From NCBI GenBank assembly GCA_019244185.1, contig JAFATB010000005.1:32001-96000 (forward strand): 64,000 nucleotides of DNA. The letters run 5' to 3'. The stretch's first letter is position 1. Every line of letters begins with the position of its first letter. The notes below the pieces were generated by a model. The model worked only from the letters and a program-made list of their open reading frames with translations. It did no database searches and was not told the origin of the DNA. Shown piece after piece: positions 9,216 to 18,186 of the stretch. The stretch comes from Acidobacteriota bacterium. Its GTDB lineage: Bacteria > Acidobacteriota > Thermoanaerobaculia > Gp7-AA8. The translations under genes were made by a program, and so were the position numbers.

Positions 9216-10373
9216 ATGCCGACGGCCGTTCTTTATCCGCGCTTCGAGCATCCGGCGATCGAGGAGCGCTACGCCAGCTGGCAGACGCAGATGCTGCTGC
9301 GGCAGGGCGTCGCGCGGCCGAAGCTCGTCTATTACGAGAGCGACGAGCGCGCGTCGGACGTCGTCGCGGACGTCGACGACGAGATCGTCCTCGTCGTCAC
9401 CGATCCACTGCTCCTTCCCCCCGCCGGTCTCATCCCGCGGCTGCGCGACGTGCTCGCATCGAGCGGCGCCGCCGCGGTCGTGCCGGTCGCAAACGAGGCG
9501 CAGCATCCCGCGCAACGCCGCTCGGCCTCCGCGCCGTATCTCACCCTGCGCGAGTTGCAGCAGACGATGGAGACGATGGCGGCGCAGCCGTCCGCCGTCG
9601 AGCGCGTGACGTGGGATCGCTCCGATCCGGGCATTTATCTCTGCCGCGCGGAACTGCTCGATTCGATCGACGCGCCGCTCGCGCTCGCGCTGCAGGGACG
9701 CGACGTCGCGATCTCGACGAACGACTACGTGCATCGCTGGAGCTCGCTGCGCGGGCAGACGCGCTACGACCTCCTCGCGATCATCAGTCCGGAGGCGAAG
9801 TCGATCCTCGAGTTCGGCTGCGGCGAAGCGCCGTTGGGCGAGGCGCTCAAGCGGCGGCAGCGCTGCCGCGTCGTCGGCATCGAGCTCGACGCGGCGGCGG
9901 CCGCGGTGGCGAAGAAGCGCATCGACGCGGTCTATCGCGGCGACGTGCGCGACATCGTGGCCATCCTCGACGAGCAGTTCGAATGGATCATCGGCGGCGA
10001 CATCGTCGAGCACCTCGACGAGCCGTGGTCGTTCCTCGGCGAGCTGCGCCGCGTCAGCGCGCCCGGCGGACATCTCCTGCTCAGCATCCCCAACCTCGCG
10101 AACGCCTCCGTCGTCAGCGACCTGCTGCGGGGGCGCTTCGACTACGTGTACATGGGCCTCACCTGCGTCGGCCACGTGCGCTTCTTCACGAAGCAGTCGA
10201 TCGCCGACATGCTGACCATCGCCGGCTGGACCGTCGTCGAGATCACGCCGCAGGAGCTCGGCGCCGCGCCCGCGCGCGATGAGCTGATCGCCGCGCTCGA
10301 CCGCGCCGGCTTCGCGTACTCGAAAGAAGACCTCGTGCCGACCGGCTACTACGTCGTCGCCCGCAACGGATGA
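9216..10373 (+). CDS. class I SAM methyltransferase with N-terminal degenerate GT2-like domain
   Basis: C-terminal ILEFGCGEA, DIVEHL, LSIPN, HVRFFT motifs. TATCAT lies 8 nt upstream of the ATG. Confidence 0.75.
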   Translation: MPTAVLYPRFEHPAIEERYASWQTQMLLRQGVARPKLVYYESDERASDVVADVDDEIVLVVTDPLLLPPAGLIPRLRDVLASSGAAAVVPVANEAQHPAQRRSASAPYLTLRELQQTMETMAAQPSAVERVTWDRSDPGIYLCRAELLDSIDAPLALALQGRDVAISTNDYVHRWSSLRGQTRYDLLAIISPEAKSILEFGCGEAPLGEALKRRQRCRVVGIELDAAAAAVAKKRIDAVYRGDVRDIVAILDEQFEWIIGGDIVEHLDEPWSFLGELRRVSAPGGHLLLSIPNLANASVVSDLLRGRFDYVYMGLTCVGHVRFFTKQSIADMLTIAGWTVVEITPQELGAAPARDELIAALDRAGFAYSKEDLVPTGYYVVARNG

Positions 10374-11365
10374 ACATTTCCTATCTCGTCGAAGACACCG
10401 CGCAGTCGGGAGGCGTGCGCGTGCAGCTCATGCAGGCCGACGCGCTCATCGCGCGCGGACATCGCGTGCGGCTCGTGACGAAAGGCCTGCCGCTGACGTG
10501 GCGCAGCTCGCGCGCGGAGTGGGTCTACGTCGACGACTTCCGCCACTACGACGCGCGCGACCAGGACTTCGTCGTCGGCACGTTCTGGCCGACGGTGCCG
10601 CACGCGTACGAGATCGCCGGCACGCGCGCGGTGCATCTCTGCCAGGGCTACGAGGGCGCTTTCTCCGCGTACGCACCGATCCGCGATCAGATCGAGGCCG
10701 CGTACCGGCTGCCGATTCCGAAGCTCGTCGTCGCCAAATCGCTCGTGCCGGTCTGCCGTCAATTTACGGATGACGTGACGTACGTCGGGCAGATCGTCGA
10801 GGAGGAGTTCTACCGTGCCGTCACGCCGCGCGAGCATGAACCACCGCGCGTGCTGCTTTCCGGACAGGCGCAGGGCGACATGAAAGGCATTCCGGAAGGC
10901 TACGGTGCCGTCGCGCACGCGCGCTGGTTCCACCAGACGCTCGACCTCGTGCGCGTGTCGCCGTGGGTGCCGTCGCGCGAGGAGCCGCTCGACGCCGTGC
11001 AGGAGTTCCACGTCGGCCTCACGACCGCCGAGATGACGCGCCTCATGCATTCGTGCGACGTGCTTCTCGCGCCGAACCATCGCGAGGAAGGCTTCGGCTT
11101 GCCCGCGGCGGAGGCGATGGCGTCGGGGATTCCGTGCATCGTGACGGCGATCCCGTCGTATCTCTCGTTCGATGACGTCCACGATTACGCGCTGTTCGCG
11201 CCTGAAGAGAACGCGGTGGAGCTCGGCGAGCGCCTCATCGAACTGCTGAGCGATGCGGATTTGCGCGAACGCCTGCGCACGCGCGGGCGGGAGGTGGCGG
11301 AACAGTGGCGCGCCGAGCACGTCGCCGCGCGGCTGGAGAAGTTTTTCGAGGAGCGGCGGAGTTAG
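10370..11365 (+). CDS. glycosyltransferase family 4
   Basis: SGGVRV N-terminus and EGFGLPAAEAMASG motif; ATGA coupling with the upstream gene. Confidence 0.9.
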   Translation: MNISYLVEDTAQSGGVRVQLMQADALIARGHRVRLVTKGLPLTWRSSRAEWVYVDDFRHYDARDQDFVVGTFWPTVPHAYEIAGTRAVHLCQGYEGAFSAYAPIRDQIEAAYRLPIPKLVVAKSLVPVCRQFTDDVTYVGQIVEEEFYRAVTPREHEPPRVLLSGQAQGDMKGIPEGYGAVAHARWFHQTLDLVRVSPWVPSREEPLDAVQEFHVGLTTAEMTRLMHSCDVLLAPNHREEGFGLPAAEAMASGIPCIVTAIPSYLSFDDVHDYALFAPEENAVELGERLIELLSDADLRERLRTRGREVAEQWRAEHVAARLEKFFEERRS

Positions 11366-11375
11366 AATTTCGGCG

Positions 11376-11606
11376 ATGGAAGAAGGTTACTTCGGCACCA
11401 AGGAAGAGATCCTCGCACGACTCGAGGCGTTCCGGAAGTTCAACGAGTGGGAGATGGAGAACATCCCCGACTGGTCGCCTGAGCAAGCGCTGGCGTTGAC
11501 CGACGAGCTCTACTCGATGATGCCGGAAGAGGCTCGCATGGAGCGCGAGGATCCCACGTACGAGGGTGCACGGTGGATGATGTCGGTGCTGGCTCGGCTG
11601 AAATAA
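11376..11606 (+). CDS. small acidic protein (76 aa), putative antitoxin partner of downstream NTase
   Basis: TAGAAT lies 7 nt before the ATG; contains WSPEQALALTDEL; overlaps the NTase gene. Confidence 0.65.
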   Translation: MEEGYFGTKEEILARLEAFRKFNEWEMENIPDWSPEQALALTDELYSMMPEEARMEREDPTYEGARWMMSVLARLK

Positions 11607-12157
11607 AGCCGCGCCTCGAAAAAGCGCTCGTCGACATTGCGTCGTGTTTCGATGCGGCGGGTATCGATTACATGGTCATCGGCGGCATGGCCAATTCTAT
11701 CTGGGGCAATGCGCGCGCAACGACGGACGTCGACATCACGGTTGCGATCGATCGCGAGCACGTGCGCGAGGTGTTCGCCGCGCTGGGCAATCGCGTTGCC
11801 AGAGTCCCGCCGGATCTCGCCGAGTATCTCGCTGGCGGCGTTCTGCCGTTTACGCACCGCATCGAGGTCCATGTCGATTTGCTGCTGTCGCGGCATCCGT
11901 ACGCGCGCGCCGCAATCGAGCGCGCGGTCACGATCAAGGTGCTACGGAAGCCTGTGAAGTTCTGCACCGCGGAAGATCTCGTTCTTCACAAGATCATCTC
12001 GGAACGCGATCGTGATCAGCGCGACGTCGAAGCCATCCTTCGCCGCCGCCGAAAGACGCTCGATCGCGAGTACCTCGATCCGCACGTGCACGAGCTCGCG
12101 GTGATGCTCGATCGCCCTGAAATCGAGCAGACGTATCGTCGGCTGATGGACCGCTGA
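11573..12157 (+). CDS. nucleotidyltransferase (DUF6036/AbiEii/MenT1-like)
   Basis: YMVIGGMA...GNARATTDVDI, EDLVLHK and RDRDQRD motifs. Confidence 0.8.
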   Translation: MDDVGAGSAEIKPRLEKALVDIASCFDAAGIDYMVIGGMANSIWGNARATTDVDITVAIDREHVREVFAALGNRVARVPPDLAEYLAGGVLPFTHRIEVHVDLLLSRHPYARAAIERAVTIKVLRKPVKFCTAEDLVLHKIISERDRDQRDVEAILRRRRKTLDREYLDPHVHELAVMLDRPEIEQTYRRLMDR

Positions 12158-12209
12158 GACAGCGGCCCGCGTCTCGCATGACACTCCGCGCGGCGCGTCC
12201 GCGCAACCC

Positions 12210-12227
12210 TTGTGAAAAGTTTCTCAA
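12210..12227. promoter_or_regulatory. putative Rex operator over the nuoB promoter
   Basis: TTGTGAA-AAGT-TTCTCAA, one mismatch to TTGTGAA-N4-TTCACAA; TAGAAT -10 at 12235-12240. Confidence 0.6.
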
Positions 12228-12272
12228 AATCGCATAGAATCGCGTTCCCGCCTCGTGTTACCGAGCTAAGTT

Positions 12273-12863
12273 ATGCCAGTTCAGAAGATTGACACTCCCA
12301 ACTCGATCATCCCGCGCAAGGCCGGCGTCGCTCCGGGCGAAGGGCCGGAGAAGGGTCTCATCACCCTCCCCGGCGAGGCCGCGCGCGACACCGGCGACGA
12401 CCTCGGCGGCGCCACGTACCTCACGACCAAGCTCGATCAGGTCGTCAACTGGGCGCGCGGCAACTCGCTCTGGCCGCTCCCCTTCGGCACCGCCTGCTGC
12501 GCCATCGAGTTCATGTCGATGGTCTCGTCGCATTACGACATCTCGCGCTTCGGCGCCGAGGTCGTGCGCTTCTCGCCACGCCAGGCCGATCTCATGATCG
12601 TGGCCGGCACGATCGTCGACAAGATCGCGCCCGTGCTCAAGACGATCTACGACCAGATGCCCGAGCCGAAGTACGTCATCGCCATGGGCGCGTGCGCGAC
12701 GTCGGGCGGCTTCTACCGCGCCTATCACGTCGTGCAGGGCATCGACGAGATCGTGCCGGTCGACATGTGGGTGCCCGGCTGCCCGCCGACGCCGGACGGT
12801 CTCATGTACGCGATCCTCAAGCTGAAAGAGAAGATCGAGCGCGGGGAGATCCGCAGAGGATGA
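12273..12863 (+). CDS. nuoB: NADH-quinone oxidoreductase subunit B
   Basis: [28 protein letters not shown]. Confidence 0.97.
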   Translation: MPVQKIDTPNSIIPRKAGVAPGEGPEKGLITLPGEAARDTGDDLGGATYLTTKLDQVVNWARGNSLWPLPFGTACCAIEFMSMVSSHYDISRFGAEVVRFSPRQADLMIVAGTIVDKIAPVLKTIYDQMPEPKYVIAMGACATSGGFYRAYHVVQGIDEIVPVDMWVPGCPPTPDGLMYAILKLKEKIERGEIRRG

Positions 12864-14644
12864 GCACCCTAACGAAACTGAGCGCGATCCCCTACACCGG
12901 TCCCGCGCCGACCAACCGCAACGTCTACACGCCCACCGAAGCGCCGGCCGCCGACGCGCGCGGCGAAGCGATCCTCGCGGCGCTCAATCTCTCCGCGCTG
13001 ACGCAGGAGCGCGGACAGGATCTGCCGACGTTCATCGTCGATCGCGCCGAGATCATCAACGTCCTGCGCGCGCTGCACGACCACGCGTCGCTGCAGTTCA
13101 CGCTGCCGCTCGAGCTCTTCGCCGTCGACTATCCGAATCGCGAGCAGCGCTTCGACGTCGTCTATCAGCTCTACTCGCTCGCCAACAACGAGCGCGTACG
13201 CCTCAAAGTGCGGCTCGCCGACGGCGAAACGCTCGCGACGAGCAGCGGCGTCTATCAGGCATACGACTGGTTCGAGCGCGAGATCTTCGACATGTTCGGC
13301 ATCCGCTTCGACGGCCATCCGAACCTGCGCCGCATCCTCACGCACGAGAACTTCCAGGGCCACGCGCTGCGCAAGGATTACGACCCCGCGCAACGCTGGC
13401 TGCTCACCGACGCAGGCATCGCCACGATCCACCCGAAGATCGCGCCGCAGTTCGTGCAGGAAGAGGAAGACTCGGACTTCGAGCGCGTGACGCTCAACCT
13501 CGGCCCGTCGCATCCCGCGACGCACGGAACGCTGCGCATCGTGACGACGCTCGACGGCGAGACCATCGTCGGCGCCGACTGCGAGATCGGCTACCTCCAC
13601 CGCTGCTTCGAGAAGATGTCGGAGACGCACACCTATCAGCAGGTGATCCCGTACACCGACCGCCTCAACTACTGCTCGGCGATCATCAACAACGTCGGCT
13701 ACTGCATGACCGTCGAGAAGATGCTCGGCGTTACGGCGCCGGAGCGCGCGCAGCACGTGCGCCTCATCCTCTCCGAGTTCTACCGCATCTCCGATCACAT
13801 CATCTGCATCGGCACGAACCTCGTCGACATGGGCGCGCTGACGAACTTCTGGTGGCTGTTCCAGCCGCGCGAAGAGATCATCGCCCTCGCCGAGTCGTGC
13901 AGCGGCGCGCGTCTGCTGCCGAGCTACCTGCGCATCGGCGGACTCGCCGTCGACGTGCCGTCGGACTTTCTCGCCAACGCGCAGCGCATCGTGAACATGC
14001 TCCCGCGCTACATCGACGACGTCGAGGCGCTGGTGATGAAGAACCGCATCTTCCGCGACCGCGTCGAAGGCGTCGGCGTGATCTCGCGCGAAGACGCGAT
14101 CAACTTCGGCTTCACCGGTCCGTGCCTCCGCGCGACCGGCGTTCCTTTCGACGTCCGCAAGTCGAACCCCTACCTCGGCTACGAAACCTACGATTGGGAC
14201 GTGCCCGTCGCCGAAGGCGGCGATACGTTCGCGCGCTTCCTCGTGCGCTTCGAAGAGATGCGCCAGTCGCTGCGCATCCTGCAGCAGGCCATCGATCGCG
14301 GCCTGCCGCCGGGACCGGTGATGGTCGACAACCCGTACGTGGCGCTCCCTCCGAAGGCGAAGGTCTACAACGAGATGGAGTCGCTCATCTATCACTTCAA
14401 GCTGATCATGCACGGCATCCAGCCGCCGGTCGGCGAAGCGTACTTCCAGGTCGAAGGCGGCAACGGCGAAGTCGGCTTCTACATCGTCTCCGACGGCACG
14501 AAGCACCCGTACCGCGTGCGCGCGCGTCCGCCGTGCTTCCCGATCTTCGAGGCGTATTCGAAGATGATCACCGGCCAGACGATCCCCGACGCCATCGCCG
14601 CGCTCGGATCGCTCAACATCATCGCTGGGGAGCTCGACCGCTAA
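12860..14644 (+). CDS. nuoCD: NADH-quinone oxidoreductase fused subunit C/D
   Basis: [11 protein letters not shown]...GHPNLRRIL (NuoC); [21 protein letters not shown] and C-terminal GELDR (NuoD); ATGA overlap. Confidence 0.95.
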   Translation: MSTLTKLSAIPYTGPAPTNRNVYTPTEAPAADARGEAILAALNLSALTQERGQDLPTFIVDRAEIINVLRALHDHASLQFTLPLELFAVDYPNREQRFDVVYQLYSLANNERVRLKVRLADGETLATSSGVYQAYDWFEREIFDMFGIRFDGHPNLRRILTHENFQGHALRKDYDPAQRWLLTDAGIATIHPKIAPQFVQEEEDSDFERVTLNLGPSHPATHGTLRIVTTLDGETIVGADCEIGYLHRCFEKMSETHTYQQVIPYTDRLNYCSAIINNVGYCMTVEKMLGVTAPERAQHVRLILSEFYRISDHIICIGTNLVDMGALTNFWWLFQPREEIIALAESCSGARLLPSYLRIGGLAVDVPSDFLANAQRIVNMLPRYIDDVEALVMKNRIFRDRVEGVGVISREDAINFGFTGPCLRATGVPFDVRKSNPYLGYETYDWDVPVAEGGDTFARFLVRFEEMRQSLRILQQAIDRGLPPGPVMVDNPYVALPPKAKVYNEMESLIYHFKLIMHGIQPPVGEAYFQVEGGNGEVGFYIVSDGTKHPYRVRARPPCFPIFEAYSKMITGQTIPDAIAALGSLNIIAGELDR

Positions 14645-15288
14645 TGCCCACTACCCGTCTCTCGCCCGGCGTCGTCCGAGTCGAGCGTCAGTCGATGACG
14701 TTCTCGGAGCGTTTGTATCTGCCGCAGGTCATCGGCGGCATGTTCCGCACGCTGAAGCACCTGACCAAGAATCTCTTCAACATCAAAGGACTGCCGACGA
14801 TCTCGTATCCCGAGGTCAAGCGCGTGTACTCGGAGCGCTTCCGCGGACGGCACATCCTCACGAGCCGCGAGGACGGCACGACGCGCTGCGTCGCCTGCTA
14901 CATGTGCTCGACCGCGTGTCCCGCGGAGTGCATCACGATCGAGGCGGGCGAAGACCAGCGCACGCGCGAAAAGTTCCCGGTGCGCTACGACATCGATCTG
15001 CTGCGCTGCGTCTTCTGCGGCTACTGCGTCGATGCGTGTCCCGAGGATGCGATCTACATGACGCGCGACTACGAGATGGCCATCGACACGCGCGCGCGCG
15101 CCGTCGTCGGTCTGCGCGATCTCGTCGTGCCGCCGAATTTCCCCGTCGGTCCGATGGGCTGGCGTCCGTATTACGGCGCGATCGAAAAGCACGGCACCGC
15201 GGGCGGCACCGGCATCGGCCAGCCGCTGCGCACCGCGCCGTACGAAGACGACGCGCCGCCCAATCCGGACCTCTATCGCGGCGCGTAG
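14644..15288 (+). CDS. nuoI: NADH-quinone oxidoreductase subunit I
   Basis: Two 4Fe-4S motifs CVACYMCSTACP and CVFCGYCVDACP; YPE...RFRGRH. Confidence 0.93.
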   Translation: MPTTRLSPGVVRVERQSMTFSERLYLPQVIGGMFRTLKHLTKNLFNIKGLPTISYPEVKRVYSERFRGRHILTSREDGTTRCVACYMCSTACPAECITIEAGEDQRTREKFPVRYDIDLLRCVFCGYCVDACPEDAIYMTRDYEMAIDTRARAVVGLRDLVVPPNFPVGPMGWRPYYGAIEKHGTAGGTGIGQPLRTAPYEDDAPPNPDLYRGA

Positions 15289-15321
15289 GTACGGGCGCAG
15301 AGCTATGATGCTCCCGGGTCG

Positions 15322-15783
15322 ATGAAACCGCTCGAAACGACGGTCGAGGAAGTGCTCCGCGAAGCGATTCAGTCGGAAGCGGAGACGCGCGTCTATTACC
15401 AGAAAATGGCCGAACGCGCGGCGACCGCCGAGGTGCGCAATCGCTTGCTGCAGCTCGCGGACCTCGAGCTCGTGCATCGCGCGAAGCTCGAGCGGCGTTA
15501 CCGCGATCTCGTCGGCAACAATCCGCCGGAGCCCGCGCCCGTCTCGCTGGAACTGCCGCTGGACATGAGCGATCTCGATCTCAGCCGCGCGCTGAAGTAC
15601 GCGCTGGAACGCGAGCGCGACTCCGAAAGCCACTATCGCTTTCTCGCCGAGCGCGTTCCCACGACGACCGACCTCGGCCGGCTCTTCATGGAGCTCGCCG
15701 AGATCGAGTGGAAGCACAAGACCGATCTGCAGGCCGAGTACAACGCCGCGGCCGAGCCCGACCGGTTCCTCCTCGACATGTAG
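15322..15783 (+). CDS. ferritin-like/rubrerythrin family protein
   Basis: Two ExxH-type motifs (ELVH, EWKH) with AIQSE and ALERE helices. Confidence 0.85.
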   Translation: MKPLETTVEEVLREAIQSEAETRVYYQKMAERAATAEVRNRLLQLADLELVHRAKLERRYRDLVGNNPPEPAPVSLELPLDMSDLDLSRALKYALERERDSESHYRFLAERVPTTTDLGRLFMELAEIEWKHKTDLQAEYNAAAEPDRFLLDM

Positions 15784-15798
15784 CCCGAAAACAGTTCA

Positions 15799-15825
15799 GG
15801 GGAGCGACGCCGAGCATCGCTCCCC
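15799..15825. terminator. GC stem-loop, probable intrinsic terminator
   Basis: GGGGAGCGA-N9-TCGCTCCCC just after the ferritin-like gene. Confidence 0.6.
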
Positions 15826-16034
15826 CGAATCTGCTCTCTCTCATACAACACGCTGCCGGTTCTCGACGATGCGTTGTATTTCGAAGATGAAGTGTAGGCG
15901 GCGGTGGTGATTCGCCCGTTGCGCCACCATAAAAAAGTGGTGAGCGGGAACGCGCGGGTGTCAAAAGCGTGAGCTTCGCGTCGGATGCGCGTCAGCGAAC
16001 CGCAAAACGCGCCAATCGCCGTAGAATCCGCGTG

Positions 16035-17186
16035 ATGCCGGAGACGATCTACCTCGACAACAACGCCACCACGCGCGTCGCCGACGAGGTGATCGCGGCG
16101 ATGACTCCCTACTATCGCGAGCTCTACGGCAACGCGCACGCGATCCATCGTCTCGGCCGCAGTTCGCACGACGCCGTCGAAGACGCGCGAGCCGAGCTCG
16201 CCCTACTTCTCGGATGCAGCGCGGGCGAAGTGATCTTCACGAGCTGCGGCACCGAGGGAAACGCGATGGTGCTGCGCGGCCTCGTCGATCGGCATCCCGA
16301 TCGCCGGCGCGTCGTCACGACCGCGGTCGAGCATCCGTCCGTGCTCACGCTGCTGCGCGCGCTCGAACGCGAAGGTGAGATCGAGCTCGTGGTCGTGCCG
16401 GTCGATACGCACGGCGCGATCGATCTCGACGCGATGCGTGACGCGATCGGCGACCGCACGCTGCTTGTCTCCGTGATGCTCGCGCAGAACGAGACGGGCG
16501 TGCTGCATCCCGTCGCGGAGATCGCGGAGCTCGCGCACGCGCGCGGCGCGTACGTGCATGTTGACGCCGTGCAGGCCGCGGGAAAAGTGCCGCTCGCGCA
16601 GCACGAGCTCGGCGCCGACTTCCTCACGATCTCGGGACACAAGTTCCACGCGCCGAAAGGCATCGGCGCGCTGGCGATCCGCAAGGGTCTCGCGCTTCAG
16701 CCGCTCTGGTACGGCGGCGGTCAGGAGCTCGGCATGCGCTCCGGCACCGAGCCCGTGCCGTCGATCGTCGGCTTCGCCGCGGCCGCGCGACTTGCGCGCG
16801 AAGCGCTCGCGCAGTACGACCGCGTGCGCGCGCTGCGCGATCGTCTCGAAGCCGCGATCGCGCAGCGCGTCGACGAGACGACCGTCAACGGCGCGACGCA
16901 GCCGCGCCTCGGCAACACGGCGAACATCTCGTTCCACGACGCATACGCCGACGAGATCGTGCGCGCGCTCGATGCGGAAGGCGTGTGCGTCTCCGCCGGC
17001 GCCGCGTGTCATTCGGGCAACGTCGAACCGAGCGGCACGATGAAGGCGATGCGCCTGCCGCTGCGCGTCGCGATGGGCGCGGTGCGTTTCTCGCTCTCGC
17101 GCTACACCACTGTCGAAGAGATCGACCGCGCCATCGACGTGGTGTGCGCGGTCGTGCCGAACCTCCGCCAGGCCGTTGCACCATGA
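16035..17186 (+). CDS. cysteine desulfurase (NifS/IscS class)
   Basis: YLDNNATT, SGHKFHAPKG (PLP Lys), SAGAACHSG catalytic Cys. TAGAAT lies 7 nt upstream. Confidence 0.92.
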   Translation: MPETIYLDNNATTRVADEVIAAMTPYYRELYGNAHAIHRLGRSSHDAVEDARAELALLLGCSAGEVIFTSCGTEGNAMVLRGLVDRHPDRRRVVTTAVEHPSVLTLLRALEREGEIELVVVPVDTHGAIDLDAMRDAIGDRTLLVSVMLAQNETGVLHPVAEIAELAHARGAYVHVDAVQAAGKVPLAQHELGADFLTISGHKFHAPKGIGALAIRKGLALQPLWYGGGQELGMRSGTEPVPSIVGFAAAARLAREALAQYDRVRALRDRLEAAIAQRVDETTVNGATQPRLGNTANISFHDAYADEIVRALDAEGVCVSAGAACHSGNVEPSGTMKAMRLPLRVAMGAVRFSLSRYTTVEEIDRAIDVVCAVVPNLRQAVAP

Positions 17187-17647
17187 CGCACTTCGAAGCG
17201 CTCCGCTCCTTCCCCGCCACGCTCCGCGCGATCTACCAAAGCGTCCCCGCCGATCGCATGCGCCAGCGCGCCGGCGACGGCAACTTTGCGCTCGTCGAGC
17301 AGTTCTGGCACCTCGGCGATCTCGAAGTGGAAGGCTTCGGCGCGCGCATCGACCGCATCCTCCGCGAAGACGAACCGTCGCTCCCCGATTTCAACGGCCT
17401 CGCCATCGCGCGCGAGCGCCGCTACATCGAGCGCGATCCCGCGCAGGGATTGCAGCGTTTCGAAGAGGCGCGCCGCGCGAATCTCGAGCGGCTCGCGTCG
17501 CTCGACGACGCGTCGTGGCTGCGCGCGGGACATCAGGAAGGCGCGGGCCGCGTCACCCTGCGCCGCGTCGTCGAGATGATGGCCGCGCACGACGCCGAGC
17601 ACGCCGAAGAGATTCGCGTGCTGCACGAGCAGCTCGTGCGCGCCTGA
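17183..17647 (+). CDS. DinB family protein
   Basis: WHLGDLE...HDAEH His triad; ATGA coupling. Confidence 0.85.
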   Translation: MTHFEALRSFPATLRAIYQSVPADRMRQRAGDGNFALVEQFWHLGDLEVEGFGARIDRILREDEPSLPDFNGLAIARERRYIERDPAQGLQRFEEARRANLERLASLDDASWLRAGHQEGAGRVTLRRVVEMMAAHDAEHAEEIRVLHEQLVRA

Positions 17648-17661
17648 ACGCCGCGACACGG

Positions 17662-18177
17662 CTAGAGCACGATCGTGTAGCCGAGCGTGCGCAGGTCGGA
17701 CATGCGGTCGATGTAGATGTGGCCGTCGGTGTGATCGATCTCGTGCTGGAAGATGCGCGCGGTGAAGTCTTCCACCTCGACGTCGATCGCCTCGCCGTCG
17801 TGATCGATGCCGCGCACGCGGATGCGGCGGTAGCGCGGCGTTTCGCCGCCGAGGAACGGGACGCTGAGGCAGCCTTCCCAATCGGTGATGCGGTCGGTGC
17901 CGGCCGGTTCGTACGTCGCGTTGAAGATCGCGCCGGCGCCGACCGACTTCACACCGCGGCGCTTCGCCACGCGCTCCTGCACTTCGAACACGAAGACGCG
18001 CAGCGGCAGATGCACCTGCGGTCCGGCGAGGCCGACGCCTTCGTAGGCGTGCATGGTCTCGACCATGTCGTCGATGAGCGTGCGGAACTTGCCCGCCTTG
18101 ATGTCCTTCAGTTCGACGTCGGATGCTTTCTCGCGCAGGACGGGATGCCCGAGGCGAGAGACTTTGAGAATGGCCAT
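17662..18177 (-). CDS. def: peptide deformylase
   Basis: GVGLAGPQ, EGCLS, QHEIDH. Confidence 0.96.
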   Translation of the reverse strand: MAILKVSRLGHPVLREKASDVELKDIKAGKFRTLIDDMVETMHAYEGVGLAGPQVHLPLRVFVFEVQERVAKRRGVKSVGAGAIFNATYEPAGTDRITDWEGCLSVPFLGGETPRYRRIRVRGIDHDGEAIDVEVEDFTARIFQHEIDHTDGHIYIDRMSDLRTLGYTIVL

Positions 18178-18186
18178 GGCGGGAGT

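Noticed and set aside
12860-14644. Group 4 NiFe hydrogenase large subunit
   Set aside because: No CxxC Ni-binding motifs; ends in NuoD-type GELDR.
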